Positions 22,940-35,585 of a DNA stretch of 64,000 bases are shown here, one piece after another. The translations under genes were made by a program, and so were the position numbers. How positions within the stretch are numbered: the first letter of the stretch is position 1; each line of letters starts with the position of its first letter. Source of the DNA: Octopus sinensis (lineage: Eukaryota); contig NC_043001.1 in the NCBI RefSeq assembly GCF_006345805.1, positions 30,008,001 to 30,072,000 on the forward strand. The letters run 5' to 3'. A model generated the notes under the pieces. It saw only the letters and a program-made list of their open reading frames with translations. It did no database searches and was not told the DNA's origin.

Positions 22940-25483
22940 AGTTAGTTAGTTAGTTAGTTAATTTGGCTCAAAAGCAAATAGCAAGGCCATGTAGGGGGAC
23001 ATGGAGTTAAGTACAGGGTGGTGTTCATGTAAAGAGTTCAGGCCACTTGAGGTCCAGGGAGGCTTTGAACAAAGCGGTCGTCGGCATCTTCACCATCTCG
23101 TCTGGCAGCTTGTTCCACGGATCCGCAACCCGGACGGAGAAAGCTCCTCTCCTTCGATTGAGATGAAATCGTCGCAGGTAGAGCTTTTCGGAATGACCCC
23201 ACAGCCGACGCTCTAGAGCAGGAGTGAAGAACAGCTCTTTCGAGAGGTTACACTTCCCGCTTATGATGTTGTGGGCGAGAATGAGATCACCACGGCGGCG
23301 GCGTTTTTCAAGAGAATAAAGGTCGAGCGTCCTCAGCCTTTCTTCGTAGGACAAATTTTTGAGACCATGAACCATGCGGGTAGCCAGCCTCTGGACTCTT
23401 TCGAGGTGCTGTATGTCTTTGAGGAGATAAGGAGAAGAGGCTTGAATCCCATACTCCAATATGGGTCTCACCAGCATGACATAGAGTGGCAGGAATATGG
23501 CTGCTGTGAGCATTCCGAATGACCGTCGAATCAAAAACAGAATTCCGCGCGCTTTGTTGGCAGCATGGACGCACTGGGCCGAAGGCGAAAAGGAGGAATC
23601 CACCAAGATACCCAGGTCCTTTACCTGATCGGTCCTCTCCAGCAGCAGACGACCCGGCTCGAAATCAAGTTGAGTTGCAGGAGTAGAGCCGACAGGCAGA
23701 TGACAGCACTTTGACACGTTCAGACACAGGTCCCAATCGTTAGACCACTTCCAAATTTGGTGGAGGCATCGACGAAGATCCTCTATACTACCGCGAGGAG
23801 CGACCAGTTTGATATCGTCGGCAAATAGAAGGGTGTGTTGCGTGAGGTCGTCGGGCAAGTCATTTATGAAGACTAAGAACAACAAGGGCCCAAGCACTGA
23901 ACCTTGAGGCACGCCACTGCTCGCACTGGAGACGTCGGACCGCGAACCATTAACTTGAACTTGGAAGGAGCGATCTGAGAGGAAGGCACCAACCCATCGT
24001 ACAATATCCGGATGGAAACTATATGCTTGAAGCTTGACAAGTAGTAGGCGGTGGTTTACCGAGTCAAAAGCTTTGGCAAAGTCCAATAAAACGATGTCAA
24101 CAGCATCACTATCATCGAGGATGCGCGTCACCAATTCTTCCATTACTAGTAAGTTGGTCAAGCATGATCTCTTCGGCACAAAGCCGTGTTGGGAATCAGT
24201 GATCGAGGCTGTGTTTAGGAGGTGGAGCATCATACTTTTCTTAAGGATGGTTTCGAACATCTTGCTGATTATTGATGTAAGGGAAACCGGTCGGTAGTTA
24301 AGCGGGTCTTCGCGGCTCCCTTTCTTGAAAATTGGGCAGATTATCGCTGTTCTCCAGTCTGCAGGTATAACACCCGTCGCCAATGACATATTGAATAGTC
24401 GTGTTAAGGGCTCGCAGATGACCGGAGCCAACGCTTTGATAACCCGTGGGTGTATGCCGTCAGGGCTGTGACCCTTGTTGACATCGAGGCCTTGAATAAC
24501 ACGTTTGACTTCGTCCCGCGTGATGATCAATCGAAGCATTGGAGGTACCGATCTATCAAATGGAGGGGGTTCACGACCATCATCTTGTTTGAAAATAGTT
24601 GAAAAAGCCTCGGCAAATAATTGACTCTGTTGGTAAGGGTCCTCAATCGATACGCCTGTTGAGTCTACCAACGTTGCAATCTGGTTGTTCAAGCGGGAAT
24701 TCCGCTGGACATGGGCAAAGAAGGTTTTTGGATTGCTACTGGCATTTGCCGCGATTTTTTATTCATAACTGAAGCGTTCTTTCTTTTCAATTTTCACGGC
24801 TCGGTCTCGTTGAGTTTTGTACACCTCAAAAGCTGCAGTCGAATCCAGATTTTTGAATTCAGCCCAAGCAATATCTCTGAGTCGACGTTCTCGTTTAACC
24901 TTCTTCGTCACCCAGGGCTTGTGTTTCTTCCTCTTGGGAAGCCCAACGGGAACTGCCTGGTCAGTCAAACAGATTACATATGCTTTGAGGGATGACCATA
25001 GTTCGTCAACTGAGGACAACGTCATCAGGGAACGCCAGTCCAGAAGCGCGGAAGCCTCGGTTAGAATTTCAAGATTAATTGCAGAGAAGACTCTACGTAG
25101 CAGCGAAGTAATCGTGGGCGTGGAAAAAGTTGTGTGCATGACGAACTTCAGGACCACATGATCACTCTTGGCAAGAGGGGCGCACACAGATACGTCTGAC
25201 ACTGATCTTGGATAGCGGGAGAATACCAGATCTAGCATAGATGGCTGCTGCCCAGACCGATGCCTTGTCGGATATTCAACATGTTGCGATAGAAAACAAT
25301 CTTCAGCCACGTCAAGAAGGGCCTGGCCGAACCGGGAAGATGTTGTACAAATTGATGCGGGCCAATCGATCGTGGGAGCGTTGAAGTCGCCTAGTACCAA
25401 GCAGTCATGCGAAGCTGAAACGAATCTTATCGCTTCGAGTAGATGAGCATCGTCCTGGGGGTCGGCTAGGTCGGCTAGAGGCG
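22940..25483 (-). mobile_element. young 5'-truncated CR1-clade LINE inserted in a family D SINE
   Basis: APE C-terminal half (GDFN, LDLVFS, SDH) and RT (QHGF, LLDFAKAFDSV, GVPQGSVLGP, FADD) lie in one frame; CR1-type end RRGAFSVRVADPWNKLP; (AACT)n tail; GTCTT duplicated at 22935..22939 and 25484..25488. Confidence 0.93.
23025..25400 (-). pseudogene. LINE ORF2 (endonuclease + reverse transcriptase) with a single premature TAA at 24761..24759
   Basis: ORFs 24759..25400 and 23025..24692 share a frame; read-through gives YE*KIAANASSNPKTFFAHVQRNSRLNNQ. Confidence 0.92.
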
Positions 25484-26145
25484 GTCTTGCTCAAGAACAC
25501 AACACACTGCCCAGTTCAGGAATTGAACTCACTACCTCTAATCACTGAGCCATGTGCCTTCAAAAAAGTACTTAGGGACTAGTATTTTCATAACTATTTT
25601 ATCATTTCTGTTATTGTAATATTTTGTACTGGAAATTATTGTAGTGTTCTGAAATTTATTTAAATTTTTAAGGTAAAATAACACCTCTACATTTGGAATA
25701 AGTTGTCAATCTATTGCAAGCTGAGTAGAAAGGAAATTACTAAGTGGATAAAGTGTTTGCCTTGGCTTTCCTTGAAGCCTCAATTCTTTATAGAATCATG
25801 GAAGTATCATCATGGTATACAGCATGATGAGAATTCACCCCTCCCTCCAGGTTTAATCACAACAGATTTTTTCCAGAGGTAAAAAAAAAAAAAGTGAGAT
25901 GAAACAACCTCTATACTGAACTGATACTTAATTGATAATAAAAAGATAAACAATTGATTTAGGTGGGATTTGAAGTACAAAGAGCCAGAGCAAATACTGT
26001 ATGGTATTTTTGATGCTCTAATGACTCTGCCACTTTATCACCTTAAGGTATTTGATTCTATACTCATGGTTCATTAGTTCAAATCTTATAATAGCATTTT
26101 GTCAGTCACTTTCACCACCACAACCAGTATAACCACTACAATACC

Positions 26146-26362
26146 TATTTCTTTACTACCCACAAGGGGCTAAACACAGAGGGGACAAACAAGGACAGAC
26201 AAAGGGATTAAGTCGATTACATCGACCCCAGTGCATAACTGGTACCTAATTTATCGACCCCCGAAAGGATGAAAGGCAAAGTCAACCTTGGCGGAATTTG
26301 AACTCAGAATTAATGGCAGACGAAATATGGCTACACATTTCACCCGGCGTGCTAACGGTTCT
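26146..26362 (-). mobile_element. SINE family B
   Basis: Reverse complement of the family B consensus; partial copy also at 31058..31224(-). Confidence 0.85.
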
Positions 26363-27229
26363 AAGGCAGTGAGCTGGCAGAATTGTGAACATATCAGGCA
26401 AAATGCTTAGTGGCATTCCATCCATCTTTACACTCTAAGTTCAAATTCCGCTGAGGCCATCTTTGCCTTTCATCCCTTTAAGGATCAATAAAGTAAGTAC
26501 CAGTTGAACATTGGGGTCAATATAATCAGCATATCCTCTCCCTGAAATCACTGATCTTGTGCCAAAATTTCAAACCAATATAATACAAATACATATATAA
26601 ACTCTGTTTCCACTGGCACTTGTGCCCATGCTAGTAGGGTGCCAAGAGCACCATCCAAGCGTGATCGTTGCCAGAAAAGCCAACTGGCTTCCGTGCCGGT
26701 GGCACATAAAAGGGCACCATTCGAGCGTGATCGTTACCAACGTCGCCTTACAAGCACTTGTGCTGGTGGAATGTGTAAAAAGATTTGAGTGAGGTTATTG
26801 CCAGTACCTCTTGACAGGCCCCCGTGCCGGTGGCACGTACAAAGCACCCACTACACTCTCGGAGTGGTTGGCATTAGGAAGGGCATCCAGCTGTAGAAAC
26901 TCTGCCAAATCAAGATTGGAGCCTGGTGCAGCCATCTGGCTCGCCAGCCCTCAGTCAAAATCGTCCAACCCATGCTAGCATAGAAAGTGAACGTTAGATG
27001 ATGATGATGATTTTATTTAATGTTTTACTAGCTCTTCTCATAGCTAAAACCTCTGAGCACCAGATTAGATGCTTTGCATTACTTAGTTTCATTCCTCACT
27101 ATTCTTAGTTCAAATCCCACTTAATTAACATTTGCTATTTATTTTATTTATTTGTGGTGAGGAGGATTCAAGTTCTCTTAATTCATTCACTTTTAATCAA
27201 AGATAAAACTGAATTATTTATTTGTCCAG

Positions 27230-27299
27230 GCATAAAACAATCTGAAGAATTTTTTCAAATTTTCTATGAGAAGGAAGGTCACAATTATTTTATTGAGAG
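27230..27299 (+). CDS. PRKDC: DNA-PKcs exon 12 (1-2)
   Basis: gtccag|GC...AG|gtaag; IKQSEEFFQIFYEKEGHNYFIE(R); fits the phases on both sides. Confidence 0.85.
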
Positions 27300-28036
27300 G
27301 TAAGCATCCATTACACATGTTTTATTTTATTAACTTTTCTGTTAATTAAGGTACTATTTTGTATTATGATAAAACAAAATGGTGCGTGAGAAGATCCGGC
27401 AGGACAAGTGAGACCATAACCCGTGGCCTTTACCTGCGATGTAGCCAGTCCACTTATGCATACCTTTCCTTCTTGAGACACAAAACTCTGCTTGCGATGA
27501 CCTGTTGAGGCAAGTGAAATCGAACTCGATCAAAATTTAATGGAAATTGTAGTTGTGATACCAGTGCCGGTGGCACGTAAAAGAACCATCCAAACGTGGC
27601 CATTGCCAGCGCCACCTCAACTGGCCTCCGTGCCGGTGGCACGTAAAAAGCACCAACCAATCGTGGCCGTTGCCAGCCTCCCCTGGCACATTAATAGCAC
27701 CCACTACACTCACGGAGTGGTTGGCATTAGGAAGGGTATCCAGCTGTAGAAACGCTGCCATATCAGACTGGGCCTGGTGCAGCCTCCTGGCTTCCCAGAC
27801 CCCAGTCGAACCGTCCAACCCATGCTAACATGGAAAGCAGATGTTAAATGATGATGATGATGTGTCAAAGATACTTCTGGAATTACATCCTCATCATCAC
27901 ATTGGCATATTCAAACACAAGGCATCACAGAAAGGGAAAACAACTATTATATATTTGTCTTACCTAAATTATATGATTTAAGTTTTGAATAATAAAACCT
28001 GTCCAAGGCATTGTTAAAATATATTTTGTTAAAGTA

Positions 28037-28273
28037 GGCGGTGACCTGGCAGAAACGTTAGCACGCCAGGTGATATTCGTAGCCGTATTTCATCTGCCGT
28101 TATGTTCTGAGTTCAAATTCCGCCAAGGTCGGCTTTGCCTTTCATCCTTTCGGGATCGATAAATTAAATGAATAAAGTACCAGTTATGCACTGGGGTCGA
28201 TGTAATCGACTTAATCCCTTTGTCTGTCCTTGTTTGTCCCCTCTGTTTAGCCCCTTGTGGGCAATAAAGAAAT
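28037..28273 (+). mobile_element. SINE family B, 18-bp TSD
   Basis: TSD ATATATTTTGTTAAAGTA at 28019..28036 and 28274..28291. Confidence 0.92.
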
Positions 28274-28447
28274 ATATATTTTGTTAAAGTAAAGAGCTTT
28301 TTTTTTCCCTCTCTTTTTTTGCATGCTGTACTCATTAATTCATCAACATTATTCCAAAGTTCTTGTTTAGGATATCACTTATTTTTCTGAAACGTCTTGA
28401 ACAATTAATATGGTTTATGATTCTATCTCCTTTTTCTTTCTCTCTAG

Positions 28448-28632
28448 ATTTGAAGGTGGTGGAGAAGGCTCTGATGTTTCCAATTCAATTATGCGTTGTC
28501 CACAATTAGAAATAAGGGAGCATTTCTCTCTTCAGAAAACTTGTCAATGGTTTGATTATTTCTTAGCTGGGTTAGATTGCTACATTTGGGTTTTTGAGAA
28601 TAATCTATTGAGCCCAGAGCAAATGCTTCAAG
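28448..28632 (+). CDS. PRKDC: DNA-PKcs exon 13 (2-1)
   Basis: ctctag|A...G|gtaatt; FEGGGEGSDVSNSIMRCPQLEIREHFSLQKTCQWFDYFLAGLDCYIWVFENNLLSPEQMLQ. Confidence 0.93.
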
Positions 28633-29309
28633 GTAATTAAATTTATTTTATTTATTTTATTTATACAGATTCCAGCACCGCCTTGACTGGCTTCCATGCC
28701 GGTGGCACGTAAAAAGCACCAACCAATTGTGGCCGTTGCCAGCCTCCCCTGGCACATAAAAAACACCCACTACACTCACGGAGTGGTTGGTGTTAGGAAG
28801 GGCATCCAGCTGTAGAAACACTGCCAGATCAGACTGGAGCCTGGTGCAGCCTCCTGGCTTCCCAGACCCCGGTCGAACCGTCCAACCCATGCTAGCATCG
28901 AAAACGGACGTTAAACGATGATGATGATTTTATTATGTTACTGTTTTTAGGTCATTAAACAAAGTAGAAAGTCAAAGTGAAGCTTATAAGCTACATAAAA
29001 TAATTGTAAATAAGACAATCTTCATCAAGAATATGATAATATGATAGTTGAGATTAATTTTGAAACTAAATTATTTGGTTACTTACTGGTGTTGGTGAAT
29101 CTAGAGAAATAGTTGGTAAAATAGGCATGAATGACCAATTTGGAAACCTAGTGGTATAACAAAGAACTTTGCTGGTATTGAAATGTCCTAACTTGAAATG
29201 ATTTATTGCAAGGAAATACATGAACCTGGTACTTAATGAATTTTTCAAATACATTTTTAAAATGCACCAGATACTTAATGGTATTAGTAGAAAATATAAA
29301 TACTTTAAA

Positions 29310-29630
29310 TAATAATAATAATAGTAATAATGAAATTATTGTATACAGTGCTCAGGTGTACCACAACTTGTCAAAAGTGCATATAAAGTATATGCAGTAA
29401 TGTACAAATGTCTGGAAAGTGAACAGTGTATGAGTCAGATACATGTTTGCATGTGTATGGAGGGGAGAAAATCAGGTGTAGTGTTGGCGAATCTCAGGAA
29501 GCATGGAAGTTTTGAAGGATGCAGTGCTCCGACAACTAACAACTGATGCCGGCAGTCTGTTCCATGCTTCAGCAACTCTTAGCATGAAAAAATGTTTCCG
29601 AACGTCAGGGGAGCTGTGCTGTTTTCTGAC
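29310..29630 (-). mobile_element. CR1-like LINE 3' relic
   Basis: Minus strand reads VRKHFFMLRVAEAWNRLPASVV, followed by a UTR and an (ATT)n-like tail. Confidence 0.7.
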
Positions 29631-30273
29631 ATTAGTTTTCCTAGCTTACACATATGATGAGTTTTTAAATATCAGATGTGAATATATTGTCAGAGCAAAT
29701 TTCTTTTAGACTGCTGGGTGACCTTCTATTGTTAGCCAGTCAGTTGCCAAACAGAAGATGTCTGTTGTAAGAGAGGCTTACTGAAAGAAGCAGAATAGGG
29801 TTATTTGCTTAAAAACACAAAACAAAGCTTGAACTATGCAATCAATAGTCAAGTATGTTGACTTGATAGCTACAGTACCCTTATATATGTATGCCACTAA
29901 GTCTCATGCACTTTCTTATGACTAGTTGGTTGCAAACATTTGATACAGTCATTAATTAGAACAAGTCATTATTCAAACTAGCTATCAATGTGAATCAGAA
30001 ATATAAAAATGACATCTCTTTGATAAGAGTTAGATATTGTACTTTGTTGCCTACAATCAAAAGTGAAGTTGTATCCACAAAGGAAGATGCTATAACAATT
30101 CATGTTGTATAACTTTGCAGATCCTTTCAACTCATTTTAACAAATGTACAACTTTGCAGATCCTTTCAACCCATTTTAACAAATGGATGAAAAGATAGTT
30201 CAAAAATCTAATTACAAAATTACAAACTTTCTTTAATTGCAAACTAATGACAAAACATTTTTTTTTTTGTTAG

Positions 30274-30409
30274 TTGCTGAATCTAATTCTCAAATCATCA
30301 AAGCTGTATGCTATTTTTTGGAGTATATTGCACTATCTGATTTGAAAACTCTGACAAAGAATGCTGATTATCTTCCTTTCACTCCTAAAGAAGAAGAAGT
30401 GTTCAACAG
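30274..30409 (+). CDS. PRKDC: DNA-PKcs exon 14 (1-2)
   Basis: tgttag|TT...AG|gtatgt; AESNSQIIKAVCYFLEYIALSDLKTLTKNADYLPFTPKEEEVFN(R). Confidence 0.93.
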
Positions 30410-30648
30410 GTATGTTACTTGCCATTATTGAGGAATTTATTTTCCATCAATGACATTTTTAAAATACCTTCTAATTGTTAAAATACATGATGTCTATGCA
30501 AATATACTTTGTTCTACTGTGGAGATTGACTTGGCCTTAAAATCCAACATGGTATCTGGAACCATATATTGTAAACTTAAGTCTTTTTAGATTCAGTCAC
30601 CCTACTAAAGCCTTTACATCATCTGAGATTTCACTTGCTTCTTTGCAG

Positions 30649-30730
30649 GAACAAATGTACTGTCATTATCAGGATTTTCAGTTTTTTAACCACTGTTCTT
30701 AAGAAATGCAAAGATGCTGAAAATTCTTCT
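30649..30730 (+). CDS. PRKDC: DNA-PKcs exon 15 (2-0)
   Basis: ttgcag|G...TCT|gtgagt; NKCTVIIRIFSFLTTVLKKCKDAENSS. Confidence 0.92.
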
Positions 30731-32539
30731 GTGAGTTTAATTTTTTTGTTCATATATTTACAACAATCAAAGTAATTCCAAATCAAAGAATCCATCCAGC
30801 CAGCCAGCTTCACCACTTACTATTCCTGGAAGGGTTTTAGGGGATAGAGTACTCATGCTCCTTTTCCATTGGGTCCTATCAGAAGTAGCCATCATTACAC
30901 TTTTTAGCTGGATTCTCAAGCATGTCTGAGACTATACATATTATCCAACTATCTTGTTTTAGTCTACCTCCAGGTCTCTTGCTAATTAGATTGGCTTGAA
31001 GAATATGTATTGCAACGTTTTCCTGCAACACTCTAATTACATGGCTGTAATAATATTTATTTCTTTACTACCCACAAGGGGCTAAACACAGAGGGGACAA
31101 ACAAGGACAGACAAATGGATTAAGTCAATTACATCGACCCCAGTGCGTAACTGGTACTTAATTTATCGACCCCGAAAGGATGAAAGGCAAAGTCGACCTC
31201 GGCGGAATTTGAACCCAGAACGTAATATTGGAGTTGTGACCTCTCAGTGTGGGGAAGTTGCAGGTCAACTTAGAGAGACTCAGATCTCTGAGCCATGCAT
31301 CCTGTTGAGTAACATTACTCCAGAGATCCTACGAAGGGAACTCAATTCAACCTCTTGCATCCATGATTGTACCCTTTTGAGTAGTAGTGTGGATAGATTA
31401 ATTATCAAGACAATAACACTGCAAAAACCTTTGAATTTTAAATAGCTTCTTGAGAAACAAAATGTCTAGTTACACATAAGTTGACATCAAATGCTGGTTC
31501 ACTGGGAGAAAAAAAAAACAACACATTGAATTCATCATCGTTATCATCATCATCAGGAATTTTAAAAATTGTGAATAAATTACTGCAGTTATTCAACAAT
31601 TTGTCAATTTATTGCAACAGTTCACTGGTTTTTTTTTCTGTGAGATCTTTGTTTTGTTTAGCTTTTTGCTCTTTTTTCCCCTCAAAGAGACAGCATTTAA
31701 TGATGACCCGTGCAAGTTTATCAAGATGTTATTTAATCTTCCTAGTTCTTCCATTGTATACCTTGTATGTTGTGTTATTCATCTCAACACTTCATTTGTT
31801 AATGAATTTCAGTCAGTGATATGCGCAAGATTTTGAGAATTTGGAGGGAACCTGTGGAAGAGGTAGACCCAGGAAGACATTGGACTAAGTGGTGAAGCAT
31901 GGTCTTTAAATGTTGGGTCTCACAGAGGCATTGACAAGTGATGAAGACCTTTGGCAATTTGCTGTGCTTGAGAAGACTTGTCAAGCCAAGTGAAATCACA
32001 CTTGTAGCTGGTGCTGGTGACATGTAAAAGGCACCCATGCCAGTGATACATAAAAGACACCCACTACACTCTTGGAGTGGTTGGCGTTAGGAAGAGCATC
32101 CAGCTGTAGAAACCAAGCCAAATCTGATTGGAACCTGGTGCAGCTCTCTGGCTTACCAGTTCCAGTCAAACCATCCAACCCATGCCAGCATAGAAAGTTG
32201 ATGCCGAATGATGATGATGATGATGATGATGTTGCTTGGTTTATTAAATGTTGTTGTTAGTCTTCACTATGCAAGCGTATAATCAAAGGTATTCTGTCAC
32301 TGCTTTATCTTTTATTTAAGTATAATGGATCTTGAACTGTCTTCTTCCTCTTTTAAGACAGTTGGTGGAATTTGAGGAGGAATTTAACTGCTGTTTCTTG
32401 TTGAGCAAATAACCACATAGAGGCTCCTTCTCTTAGCATCTGACAACTGCATTAATTTTTAAAATATTTTTTTTATTTGTAAAATGTTTGTAAAATGTTT
32501 TATTAACTTGTTCTGTTTTAATATTTTGGCATGTTTTAG

Positions 32540-32662
32540 GTGATCCCTAATGAGGTGTGGACCCCACATCTATGGAGATTAATTTGTGAGTGTGTTCTGC
32601 AACCTGAGTATGTTGGATTCAACCTGACAGATTTAGAAGTTGTCAATAAACTACCTGACGAG
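32540..32662 (+). CDS. PRKDC: DNA-PKcs exon 16 (0-0)
   Basis: ttttag|GTG...GAG|gtgact; VIPNEVWTPHLWRLICECVLQPEYVGFNLTDLEVVNKLPDE. Confidence 0.92.
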
Positions 32663-32869
32663 GTGACTATATTTTTTTAATCATTATTATCAGGTATCCA
32701 AAGTTTTTACCGATTCTCATTACTCTCACATTCTGCGACCTTAGTTAATTACCTTTGCCTTTGACATGTCCTGTTTTCTTCTGACTCCTTACCCAGTGTA
32801 ACCAAGTACCACAACAATATCTTAAGACAGTGAACATCATTTTGTATCTCTTCTATCTGCCCTTAACAT

Positions 32870-33361
32870 GGCTGACAGAAAACTGATAATACGTGTATGT
32901 TTGTTGTATGAGTTTAAATTTGGCACAAATGCATCCAGTTCCTCTCCACAGATTTGTACAGCATGTTGGGAAGATGCAGTAAAGGAATGAACTGATTGAA
33001 ATGGCTTTTTATAGTATTGTTCCAGTGACGAGTCTTTTGAAAATGCACCTCAATCTGGAAGACTAATTTCTTTAAATGTTGATGATTTAAGGAATGTAAT
33101 TGAGTTGAATTAACATGTCAAAACCTAGCTTTGTGATTTAATGTAAATGAAGATTACAGCTGGGAAAGAGATGGAAGTTGAGCAAATGGGTACCACATGA
33201 TTTGACAACAAAAAACTTCAGAGACTTTCCATATGCTCTTCTCATCTTAATCGGTTTAAAATAGAGCCATTTTTTGATTGAATTTTTACATGTGATGAAA
33301 AGTGGCTCATGTATTCAAATTCCAAGAGGACACATCATTGGTTATCTCCAGATGATCCTTT
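32870..33361 (+). pseudogene. degraded mariner transposase
   Basis: Fragments ENAPQSGR, KLSKWVPHDL and IFTCDEKWLMYSN, with stops and frameshifts. Confidence 0.8.
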
Positions 33362-33974
33362 GCCACAAGGTTATCCATAGAAGACCAGCAGTCACCCATG
33401 CATAGCAGCCTCTCCTTTCCATGCCATCACTGTTATCCAAGGGGAAGGCAAAAGCCAATACAGCTTGGCACCATTGACATCGCAACTCATATCTACAGCT
33501 GAATGAACTGGATCAACATGAAATAAAGTGTCATGCTCAAGAGCACAACACACAGCCCTGTCTGGGAATCGAACTCACTACCTCATGATTGTGCGCCTGA
33601 TGCTCTAACCACTGAGTCATGTGCCTTTACACAACTGTGTGGGTAGAGTTAATATGTTATTCATTTTAAGGTGGAGAGCTGGCAGAATCGTTATCATGCT
33701 GGGCAATATGCTTAGCAGCATTTTATCTGTCATTACATTCATCATTGTCATTTAACATCCATGCTAGCATGGATTGGACTGTTTAACAAGGGCTGGTAAG
33801 CTGAAGGGCAGCACCAGGTTCCAATCTGATTTGGCATGGTTTCTGCATGCAACCTACATGGGTACCAGTTGCATGACACCAGTATCTGCCACAACTACGA
33901 TTTCACTTGGCTTGATGGGTCTTCTTCTAAAGCATGGCATATTGCCAAAGGTCTCGGTTATTTGTCATTACCAC

Positions 33975-35585
33975 TGTGAGGCCCAACACTCAAAAGGTGC
34001 TTTTCACATGCCCCCAGCTCAGAAGCCAGTTATGCAAAACTAGCATCAGCCATATTGCCTCCATGAGGCCCAACACTCAAAAGGTGCTTTTCACATGCCA
34101 CCAGCTCAGAAGCCAGTTATGCAAAACTAGCATCAGCCATATTGCCTCCATGAGGCCCAACACTCAAAAGGTGCTTTTCACATGCCCCCAGCTCAGAAGC
34201 CAGTTATGCAACACCAGCATCAGCCATATTGCCTCCATGAGGCCCAACACCCAAAAGGTGCTTTTCACATGCCACCAGCTCAGAAGCCAGTTATGCAACA
34301 CCAGCATCAGCCATATTGCCTCCATGAGGCCCAACACTCAAAAGGTGCTTTTCACATGCCACCAGCTCAGAAGCCAGTTATGCAACACCAGCATCAGCCA
34401 TATTACCTCCATGAGGCCCAATGCTCGAAAGGTGCTTTTCACATGCCACCAGCTCAGAAGCCAGTTATGCAACACCAGCATCAGCCATATTGCCTCCATG
34501 AGGCCCAACACTCAAAAGGTGCTTTTCACATGCCACCAGCTCAGAAGCCAGTTATGCAACACCAGCATCAGCCATATTGCCTCCATGAGGCCCAACACTC
34601 AAAAGGTGCTTTTCACATGCCACCAGCTCAGAAGCCAGTATGCAACACCAGCATCAGCCATATTACCTCCATGAGGCCAATGCTCGAAAGGTGCTTTTCA
34701 CATGCCACCCAGCCTCAGCCATATTGCCTCCATGAGGCCCAACACTCAAAAGGTGCTTTTCACATGCCACCAGCTCAGAAGCCAGTTATGCAACACCAGC
34801 ATCAGCCATATTGCCTCCATGAGGCCCAACACTCAAAAGGTGCTTTTCACATGCCACCAGCTCAGAAGCCAGTTATGCAACACCACCATTAGCCATATTG
34901 CCTCCATGAGGCCCAACACTCAAAAGGTGCTTTTCACATGCCACCAGCTCAGAAGCCAGTTATGCAACACCACCATTAGCCATATTGCCTCCATGAGGCC
35001 CAACACTCAAAAGGTGCTTTTCACATGCCCCCAGCTCAGAAGCCAGTTATGCAACACCACCATTAGCCATATTGCCTCCATGAGGCCCAACACTCAAATG
35101 GTGCTTTTCACATGCCCCCAGCTCAGAGGCCAGTTATGCAACACCAGCATCAGCCATATTGCCTCCATGAGGCCCAACACTCAAAAGGTGCTTTTCACAT
35201 GCCCCCAGCTCAGAGGCCAGTTATGCAACACCAGCATCAGCCATATTGCCTCCATGAGGCCCAACACTCAAAAGGTGCTTTTCACATGCCCCCAGCTCAG
35301 AAGCCAGTTATGCAACACCAGCATCCGCCATATTGCCTCCATGAGGCCCAACACTCAAAAGGTGCCTATCACATGCCCCCAGCTCTGAAGCCAGTTATGC
35401 AACACCATATCGGCCATATTGCCTCCATGAGGCCCAACACTCAAAAGGTGCTTTTCACATGCCCCCAGCTCAGAAGCCAGTTATGCAACACCAGCATCGG
35501 CCATATTGCCTCCATGAGGCCCAACACTCAAAAGGTGCTTTTCACATGCCACCGGCACAGGTACCAATTGCATGACACCAGCATT
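33975..35585. repeat. 87-bp tandem array (19 unit starts) built from RTE-element sequence
   Basis: Unit catgaggcccaacactcaaaaggtgcttttcacatgccaccagctcagaagccagttatgcaacaccagcatcagccatattgcctc; one 86-nt and one ~62-nt unit cause the frame switches in the ORF track. Confidence 0.95.

Noticed and set aside
33975-35585. CRISPR-like array, or a repetitive protein gene (228-284 aa ORFs)
   Set aside because: Units are contiguous with no unique spacers and there are no cas genes. The ORFs follow from a stop-free 87-nt unit, switch frame at unit indels and lack convincing splice or start context.
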